Source: Chthonomonadia bacterium
GTDB taxonomy: Bacteria > Armatimonadota > HRBIN16
Direction: 5' to 3'
DNA: 64,000 bases
NCBI GenBank assembly: GCA_013314755.1
Contig: JABUFA010000018.1
Span: 1,472 to 65,471, forward strand
Shown: positions 39,201 through 46,956 of the stretch, piece after piece
How positions within the stretch are numbered: the first letter of the stretch is position 1
Layout: each line of letters opens with the position of its first letter
Position numbers and translations under genes: made by a program
Notes under the pieces: generated by a model
The model's database searches: none
What the model saw: the letters and a program-made list of their open reading frames with translations, nothing else
Told to the model about the DNA's origin: nothing

Positions 39201-41078
39201 CTACAGGCTGGTAATGGGCACCAAAACGCCACTACTTGCCAGAGCAAACGGCTCCGTGAGGTACTGGTCAAACGCACTGGTCGCCTCCACCTTCACCAGC
39301 ACCCGTGCATACGTACTGGAGACCACCACCTGCTGAACGTTGTCTATCGTGGAGTCCGAGACGCCGATGACGGCGTTGGTGCTCTCGTCAATCAGGGTGA
39401 GCTTCAGGCTCGCCAGGGCGCGCAGGTAGGTGTATCCCGAAGAGGCAGAAAAGCCCGCATGCCGATGCCACACGAGGGTGACTTTCCCTCCTGCAGGAAG
39501 CCGAGTGCGGAAATACGCCACACTGCCCGGTGCTCCCACAGCCCTTACCGAGCCGGTAGCATATTGCCGGTTGATAATGTGCTGCATCGCCGAGCGCAGG
39601 TCCACATATCCCCAGCCCCAGTTTCTATCCCAGCCGGCATCGCCTCGGTCCTCTGCGCTGTTTATCAGCACTGCCTTGAGCAGCAAGGGGTCATGGATGC
39701 CCACATCATGCAGCAAGGCAAGCGCACCGGCAACGTGAGGCGCAGCAACGCTGGTTCCGCTGGCAGAGCCGAAACTGCTGCCCGACCCTGTTGTGGTGGA
39801 GATATTGTTCCCGGGCACGGTAATGTCTGGCTTCTTGCGTCCGGCAACCGTCGGTCCCTTACTGCTGAAACTGGCTATCGTGTCATCACTTCGCGATACC
39901 GTACCTTTATCATCCGAACCGGCGACGGCGATGCCGTTGTAACAGGGTGCAGGGGTAAACAGCGTTTTCTGTGTGCCCCCTCCGTTGCCTGCTGCGATAG
40001 AGAGCGGTATCTGGTAAGTGTAGATGAAGGCATCAAACGCCCGCGTCAGGGGGTCGTCATCTACACTCGTGGAAGCGCCAAAGCTGAAGTTAATACCCGC
40101 AATGCCCACGCCCTGGGGAAGGGGAGCCTCGCGTGCCGCCCAGTCCAGCGCAACGAGGGCATCGGCGGCGTTCATGGAGCCTCCGCCCGTTGTGGTGCGG
40201 TAGCCTGCCTTCAGGATAACGCCATATCCCGCAAACGGAGCCACTCCCTTCTTGCTGGCAGTGTTGGCTAACGCGCAGCCAGAGACCATGGTTCCATGTC
40301 CCTGCAGGTCGCGGGCAGTCATGTAATTGTCGCCATATACTGAATTGCCGCTGGAGTCGGTATCCAGTCTGCCGTAATCGTGAAATGCCTGAATGCCGCT
40401 GCCTAATCCAGACACGGTGCGGTTAGGAATAATCCACGTGTGCCCGCTTAGTGCAGTGTGAACATAGTTCACGCCAGTATCCATGATTGCTACCGCCCAG
40501 GTGGGCGCTGTGTAGCCCTCGTCCCAGACCGCCGGAGCCAGTATGGTTGGAGTGGAAACATCCAGCTGCGCCTGAAGCAGGGAAGGCTGCCACACCTCCG
40601 CCACCTCCGGAATTGTCTGCAGGTCGCGCACACGCCACGCAGGAACCCTCACCGCAAAGGCGTTGATAAAAGGAATGTGCGCCAGAACAGTGCCGCCAAG
40701 CCTCGCCAGACGCATGGTGAGCACCCACCGCGAGCGTGTCAGACGCTCCAGCGAATCCATATACACCACCTGGCGATAGGTGTTCAATGCCTCGGCACTT
40801 TGCGTCTGTGCAGCGAGGTGCGCGCCGACAAGCATGTCGGGGGGCACCGCAGGGTTTCCCGCAAGCGCACGCCATGCCAGGTCTATCTCTTCCAGCTGGC
40901 GCCGCAGAGACGGCTGCCACCGCTCGGCAGAATCCGCCATCGGCTGTTCCTTCATCGTCACCCAGACGACCTGGTACGGCGAAGGCACAGGCACAGGTGC
41001 TCTTACCGGTTTCTGCGCAAACGCGCTCGCGGCTAACAGCCAGATTGCCAGCGAGAACGTTGCTATCTTGCGGTACAT
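39201..41078 (-). CDS. S8 subtilisin-like serine protease
   Basis: MDTG, GHGT, AAGN, KPDI, GTSVAAPHVAG, WGWG; signal peptide. Confidence 0.9.
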   Translation of the reverse strand: MYRKIATFSLAIWLLAASAFAQKPVRAPVPVPSPYQVVWVTMKEQPMADSAERWQPSLRRQLEEIDLAWRALAGNPAVPPDMLVGAHLAAQTQSAEALNTYRQVVYMDSLERLTRSRWVLTMRLARLGGTVLAHIPFINAFAVRVPAWRVRDLQTIPEVAEVWQPSLLQAQLDVSTPTILAPAVWDEGYTAPTWAVAIMDTGVNYVHTALSGHTWIIPNRTVSGLGSGIQAFHDYGRLDTDSSGNSVYGDNYMTARDLQGHGTMVSGCALANTASKKGVAPFAGYGVILKAGYRTTTGGGSMNAADALVALDWAAREAPLPQGVGIAGINFSFGASTSVDDDPLTRAFDAFIYTYQIPLSIAAGNGGGTQKTLFTPAPCYNGIAVAGSDDKGTVSRSDDTIASFSSKGPTVAGRKKPDITVPGNNISTTTGSGSSFGSASGTSVAAPHVAGALALLHDVGIHDPLLLKAVLINSAEDRGDAGWDRNWGWGYVDLRSAMQHIINRQYATGSVRAVGAPGSVAYFRTRLPAGGKVTLVWHRHAGFSASSGYTYLRALASLKLTLIDESTNAVIGVSDSTIDNVQQVVVSSTYARVLVKVEATSAFDQYLTEPFALASSGVLVPITSL

Positions 41079-41196
41079 ACGCCCATCTCCTTTCCCGCCC
41101 AATCACGCAGGCACTTCATTTTCTCATGTTCGCACTATTTTGGCAAGAGGTACGGGCTGGTAAAGTTAGCGGTTTTTCTACCTGCCCGGAAAACAA

Positions 41197-41223
41197 GAGG
41201 CAATCCCTTACCGGAATTGCCTC
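41197..41223 (-). terminator. Terminator after transketolase genes
   Basis: GAGGCAAT...ATTGCCTC stem followed by TTGTTTT on the minus strand. Confidence 0.6.
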
Positions 41224-41242
41224 ACTGTATGTGCCAAAATGT

Positions 41243-42208
41243 TTACACAGCTGCCTTCTGGCGCATGTTGACCAGCTCCCTTGCTTCCCGGGCGATGTCG
41301 TCGGCGGTTAAGCCATACTTGCGCATCAGCGCGTCTGGTGCGCCCGATTCGGCGTAGTCGTACAATCCGACGAAACGCATCGGCACGGGATGCAGACGCG
41401 CAACCGCCATGGCTACCTGCGACGCCAGCCCGGTGTAAAGCAAATGCTCCTCGGCAACCACGATGGCGCCGGTCTCTCGCGCCGCCTTCTCAATGGTGGC
41501 TTCATCCAGAGGGCGTACGGTGTGCATGTCCAGCACGCGAGCCGAGATGCCTTCCTGTTCCAGAGCCTCAGCGGCGTCCAGCGCCGCGGCAACCATCAGC
41601 CCATTCGCAATCAGGGTGACGTCTCGTCCCTCACGCACGGTGATTGCCCTGCCAATTTGGAAGTCGGGACATCCGTTCTCGTACACGATGGGCGCCTTGG
41701 GACGCCCAACACGAATATATACCGGTCCCACATGCTCGGCGGCAGCGCGCACCGCAGCGCGCGTCTCCGCGGCGTCGGCGGGAACCATCACCACAAAGCC
41801 GGGCAGAGATAACGCCAGCCCGATGTCCTCGTGCCCCATCTGCGACACGCCGTCCTCACCGATGGAGATGCCTCCATGCGTGCCCACAATCTTCACGTTG
41901 TTGCCGCTGTAAGCGACCGCCAGCCGCATCTGATCAAACGCCTTGCACATCACAAAGCAGGCGAAGCTGGACGCGAAGGCGATTTTGCCTGCGGACGCCA
42001 GACCAGCTGCGATGCCCACCATGTTCGCCTCGGCGATGCCCACGTTGAAGAACCGGTCAGGAAACTCCTGCGCGAAGTACTTGGTCATGGTGGACTTGGA
42101 AAGGTCGCCATCCAGCACCACGATATTCGGGTTCTCACGCCCCAATTCTGCCAGTGCTTTTCCATATGCTTCACGGGTGGCTTCACCCAGTGGTCTTGCC
42201 ATTGCCAC
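41243..42208 (-). CDS. Transketolase, C-terminal subunit
   Basis: ATREAYG, NVGIAEANM, GEDG.S, GPVYIR, EEH. Confidence 0.93.
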   Translation of the reverse strand: MAMARPLGEATREAYGKALAELGRENPNIVVLDGDLSKSTMTKYFAQEFPDRFFNVGIAEANMVGIAAGLASAGKIAFASSFACFVMCKAFDQMRLAVAYSGNNVKIVGTHGGISIGEDGVSQMGHEDIGLALSLPGFVVMVPADAAETRAAVRAAAEHVGPVYIRVGRPKAPIVYENGCPDFQIGRAITVREGRDVTLIANGLMVAAALDAAEALEQEGISARVLDMHTVRPLDEATIEKAARETGAIVVAEEHLLYTGLASQVAMAVARLHPVPMRFVGLYDYAESGAPDALMRKYGLTADDIAREARELVNMRQKAAV

Positions 42209-42231
42209 TTCCTCCTGTCACACGCTTGTAG

Positions 42232-43083
42232 TCAGTCGGCAAGCTCCGCCAGAGCCTGCTCCAGCTCTGCCTGCGTGGGCGCTTTGCCGTGGAACTCGTT
42301 GTTGTTCTCCATGAAGGAGACGCCTTTGCCCTTCACGGTGTGCGCGATGATAATGGACGGCTGTTCGCGCGGCTCCTTCGCCCAGTGCAGAGCGTCCAGA
42401 ATCTCCTGCATGTTGTGTCCGTCAATCTCACGCACCGCCCAGCCGAACGCCTCCCACTTGGCGACGATGGGTTCGATGCTCATAATCTCGCCAATCGCAC
42501 CGTCCAGCTGATAGCGATTATAGTCCAGAATGGCGGTCAGGTTGCCCACACGGAAGTGCGATGCCGCCATCGCCGCTTCCCATACCTGTCCCTCTTCCGA
42601 CTCGCCATCGCCTATCATTACGTAAACCCGATACTGCCTGCCGTCCAGACGAGCGGCTAACGCCATGCCCAACCCGATGCTCAGCCCCTGTCCGAGGCTG
42701 CCGGTAGAAGCCTCCACAGCGGGCAGGTCTTTCACCGAGGGGTGTCCCTGCATGGGGGTATCAATCTTACGCAACTGCCACAGCCACTCTTCCGGAATGA
42801 AACCTGCCTCCGCCAGCACGGCATACAGCGCAGGCACGGCATGTCCCTTGCTGAGGATAAAGCGATCGCGCTCCTCCCAGCGCGGGTTTTTGGGGTCATA
42901 GCGCATGATGCCGCCGAGGAAGAGTGCGGTGAGGATGTCTATTGCGGAAAGGGAGCCGCCCGGGTGCCCACTGCCGGCAATTGCCAGCATCTTCACGATG
43001 TGCCGACGCAGTTTACGCGCCGTCCTCTCGAGCTGTTCCACAGAAACGTCCGTTGTGACCAACGCACCGACCTCCTGAGTCAA
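42232..43083 (-). CDS. Transketolase, N-terminal (TPP-binding) subunit
   Basis: GHPGGSLS, DRFILSKGH, TGSLGQG, GDGE..EG..WEA, HGKAP; TTGACA-18-TAGAAT upstream (43126-43097). Confidence 0.95.
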   Translation of the reverse strand: MTQEVGALVTTDVSVEQLERTARKLRRHIVKMLAIAGSGHPGGSLSAIDILTALFLGGIMRYDPKNPRWEERDRFILSKGHAVPALYAVLAEAGFIPEEWLWQLRKIDTPMQGHPSVKDLPAVEASTGSLGQGLSIGLGMALAARLDGRQYRVYVMIGDGESEEGQVWEAAMAASHFRVGNLTAILDYNRYQLDGAIGEIMSIEPIVAKWEAFGWAVREIDGHNMQEILDALHWAKEPREQPSIIIAHTVKGKGVSFMENNNEFHGKAPTQAELEQALAELAD

Positions 43084-43167
43084 AGGTTCATTCGTTATTC
43101 TATCCCGATAGCGCAGGGGTTGTCAAACGAACAGGGGAGGGGCGAGCAAACCTTTACCTCTCTCTGG

Positions 43168-44546
43168 CTACCAGTCCAGCCAGTTCAGGGTAAATCCTTC
43201 CGGAACCAGCCAGGATAACTGTTTGCAATCTCTGTCGGAGACCAGGTAAATCCACATCTGCACATCCCACGGGTTGAGAACTGCCACAGGGCTGCCCTCG
43301 TCGCCTACCAGCTGCCCCACCTGATCCTCGTGAGGGGAAGCATTCCTGCCACTTCAGACCGAACCTTTGTCGCTATAGCCAAAGCCCTCTTCTCTATTCG
43401 GCTGCGCCATATCGCTCCCTGCAGCCAGTGTATCAGTGTGTAGCCTAATTCGTAAACTTCAGCAACCTGCCTTTTGTCCGGTGAGAGCAGAAATAGTTTG
43501 GGCGTATAGGCATTACTGACGATAATCGGCGGGTCCGTACCGCGGATGTGAATAATCCACAGGGCATCTCCCATCAATGGGTTCGCCTGTTTTAACACCA
43601 GTGGCTTCTCCAGTACCGCCACGCGGTCAGCAGAAATCCATCCCCGTACACTCCAAATCTCCTGACGGAGTTCTGGAAGCGCAGACACCACCAGTGCACT
43701 TTTGCCCTCAGCGTGCCCCTTTACCAGAAAGCCCACAAGCGCCCCATTACGGGTGACAATGCATGGCACAAGCACCTGCTGGTGAGTGTCTACCACATCC
43801 AGAGCGATATGTTCGCCATCAGGAGACCAGTGAGGGTTCAATTCCAGAAAGTGCGACGGTAAGCGCGTGAGGAGGCGTACATGGCGCAGTTCACCGTCTG
43901 GTAGCACCTCTGCCACCGCAATTCTGCTTTCCAGACGCCCGACCTCTGGCACAGCGCGGTATACTTCAAAGGCGACCCGCTTTCCATCCGGCGAGAAGCT
44001 CAGCGCGCCGATGTGATGACCTCTGAAATGTTCTTCAGTGGTGATGAATGGGCGGGCGACCAATCTTTTGTCGTTTACCCGAACGGACCATATGCCTCTT
44101 GAAAAGCCCGGTCTTAGACCCATCACTTGCAAAGTGGGAGGAAAGGCGTAAAGACTGTTACTGTATGCAACGGACAGAAACAACGTCGTACCATCTGGGC
44201 TCCAGCCAAGCAGTTCGCCCTCGTCAAAATCAATTCCTTCAATGGGTCTTCGCTTCCCCGCCCTGTCCGAGATGAAGAAGTTCCTATCCTGTGCGAACGC
44301 AAAGAGGGTATGCTGGGGGTTCCAGAGAGGCGTCTTCGCGTCCTCAATGAGCAGGCGCAGTTTGTCGGTTTCGGGATTGTAAGCCCAGATGCCTTCGCGC
44401 AGGGTTTTGCCCGTTTGACCGCTGGCTTCCAGAAGAATCTCCCTGCCGCTCAGCGGTGGGCGAAATTGTTGCGGAAGACACTCCTCCCATCCCATCGTCA
44501 GAACGCTCAGGCAAACGGAACACCAGACCAGCACATTTTTGAACAT
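43168..44546 (-). pseudogene. TolB/PD40-like beta-propeller protein, probably frameshifted near the C-terminus
   Basis: WSPDG/FSPDG repeats. The ORF stops at 43305, but another frame continues ...WIYLVSDRDCKQLSWLVPEGFTLNWLDW* to 43168. Confidence 0.55.
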
Positions 44547-44594
44547 CTTTACCACCACCTCATAAGAAGGACACAAAAACGGTTGCGAACGGTG

Positions 44595-45712
44595 CTAATA
44601 GGCTCGTGGACCCGGCTTCGGCAGGCGCCAGTAAGCAGTAAACCTGTTATCCCTTGCGATTTCGTCCGTTTCTAACCTGATGGGAACAGACTGTAGGTGT
44701 TCTCCTGGCTCCCTGGCAAAACGCCCCAATACATTGCCCTCTTTGTCCAAAGCAACACACACCTGCCGTATGGATGTGGCTTACTATCATTGTAAGCAAG
44801 CCAAATTAAGAACAGGTTGTCGGCTGAATGCCGGGCTGCGCCCTCCACACGCCCTGGTAAAACACGTATTCGTCGCAGGCAGCCTGCGCCATCAAACACA
44901 AAGATTAGTCCGCACCTGTCACGTCCCTGAAGATGTCCTACCGCCACCAGAACGCGAGCTCCGTCGCGTGTTACCGCACACCAGAACGCCATCATCCGGG
45001 TTTGCTTCTCATGTTCACGGCGCCATTCCTCTACTATCGGCTCTCCTGTAACAGATTGGATACGCGCCAGCGTTTCCCATACAGGCAGAGCAGATGTCCA
45101 TCGTTCCCCGCTGGTAGCGTCGAAACTGACCACCCTGTAAGCTTTCGAACCTCCCGAAAGAACGATGGCTTGATACCGATCGTTGATATTGCCACAAAAC
45201 TGGCTCCAGCTCTCGTGAATGAGACCCCACCCAGCTGGAGGCTTCCACTGCCATACTACTTCTTCCCACTCATCCAGACCAAGCGCAGGAGTGTTGGGAG
45301 ACCGCCAGCGTAAATGCTTGCGAACTGCCTTGAGGCTAACAACTGACGGACCCGCGCCACCAGTGCCTATTATTTTGCTGAGGTTAACAGGTTCGGAAAG
45401 CACCCCCTTAATATGTGGGTACGGAAAGACCAAAGCATACATGGAGCTAGGATCTTTGTCAGGATTATCCCATACCGACGAGTGCAGTTCGCGATGAGTC
45501 AAAGAGGATGGAAGCCCCATCGACTTGTAAAGCCCGTATCCCTCTTCGCTGGATCCTGTCCACGTGGGGTACAGGGGAGGAACCATCTTGGTCCACTCCC
45601 AGTTTGACTCTACATCAAACTTCACCGTGGAGATGCTCTCCTGGGCGTGTGCACATGCTGACAGTACCAGTATCATCACGCTGAGGCTGCATATTGTGGT
45701 TCGGTTTCTCAT
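44595..45712 (-). pseudogene. Exported hypothetical (propeller-like) protein, probably frameshifted at a (GT)4 tract
   Basis: Signal peptide. ORF ends at 44672; removing one GT unit at 44755-44762 gives RCVALDKEGNVLGRF...AYWRLPKPGPRAY* ending at 44595. Confidence 0.55.
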
Positions 45713-46119
45713 TGTCGCGATACCTCCGCCAGAGCATTATCGTTGTCCAAAATCCAGACCAAGGTGTTGGTTTGGATTAACCTGTCCCCATGTACGTATC
45801 ACACCATACGTCCTCGTCCACCAGATAGCCCTTCTCTATGGGAGAGCAATAATTGGACGTACTCCTGCGTCGCCGGGTAACACAGCCCCGATGCACGGTT
45901 CTAATCGTCCTCCCAGTAAGCACCGCTACCGGCTTCTGTAACCGCCCACCGTCCGTGAGTTAGGTTGGAACAGGTGGTGGAACAATCGGATAGAAGCTTA
46001 AGAGCAGCTCGTATCTGCGAGATTTGAACCGCTGAAACACGGCTTCAGCAATAACCTGCTTGGGTGCGACTTCTACACACTGCCTCCGTGGTTGCCTGAC
46101 TGCCCCCAGCTCCTCGAAG

Positions 46120-46149
46120 TTGACAACATGCCCCTCTTCCCCGTATAAT
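46120..46149 (+). promoter_or_regulatory. Consensus sigma70 promoter
   Basis: TTGACA-18 bp-TATAAT upstream of the HAD gene. Confidence 0.75.
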
Positions 46150-46200
46150 GCACAAGGAAGGCATTTTTGCAGAATACACTACTGGTAGATGGGGAGTGCA

Positions 46201-46923
46201 TTGACAGCGACACAGCCACCTTATCGTTGCGTGCTGTTCGATATAGACGGTACTCTGGTCGACACCGTGGAGTTAATCGTCCGCGCTTTAGACCATACTT
46301 TCCGCAAACATCTGGGGGTATAGATTTCGCGAGACGAGTTGCGTCGGACTATCGGGCTTCCGTTGCACCGGCAGGTACGCCTGTTCGATCAACTGGTAGA
46401 CTTTGTGCCTGACCACCACGCGATGGAGGCGGATGAAATCGCCTACTACGAGTCGCATAAACATCTGGAACGTGTGATACCCGAAGCGGTGGACGCCTTG
46501 AAAGAGGCAAAGCGAGCCGGGCTTTCCATCGCGCTGGTTACCTCCAAGAACAGGCTGGAGCTCGAGACGTTCCTGCCTCGCCTGGGCCTAAACGGCTGGA
46601 TAGATGTGGTCATCAGCTCGTCCGATGTAGCTCGTCCCAAACCCGCGCCCGATTCGGTGCTGGCGGCGCTGGAAAAGCTGGACAGGTTGCCGCACGAGGC
46701 GCTGTTCGTGGGCGATACGGTGTACGACATTCACTGTGCGCGAGGCGCAGGAGTGAAGGTCATCGCTGTCGGCTGGGGCGCACACCCGGTGGAGATGCTT
46801 CGCGCCGAGTCGCCCGACTGGCTATTTGAAGAGCCTGCGCAACTTCGGGAGTTCTTCCGTTCGCTCGCCCGACGCGAAGGCGACGAGGTGGCTGGTGTCG
46901 GCATCCCCGCGGCGCATGGATAG
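46201..46923 (+). pseudogene. HAD-IA phosphatase (PpaX/Gph-like) interrupted by an in-frame TAG at 46321
   Basis: VLFDIDGTLVDT (motif I) lies upstream of and in frame with VTSK, KPAP and FVGDT..D; the sequence reads ...KHLGV*ISRDELRRTIG... Confidence 0.8.
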
Positions 46924-46956
46924 TCGCGGAATCGAAGAAGGAGGCTGTCGAACAAG

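Noticed and set aside
39201..39260. PEP-CTERM sorting signal on the S8 protease next to the exosortase operon
   Set aside because: The C-terminus (...GVLVPITSL) has no PEP motif, TM helix or basic tail; no exosortase substrate was recognised in the window.
46321..46323. Genome-wide TAG reassignment
   Set aside because: Many intact genes in the window end at TAG at the expected family C-terminus (e.g. stops at 5273, 21776, 52163, 57869).
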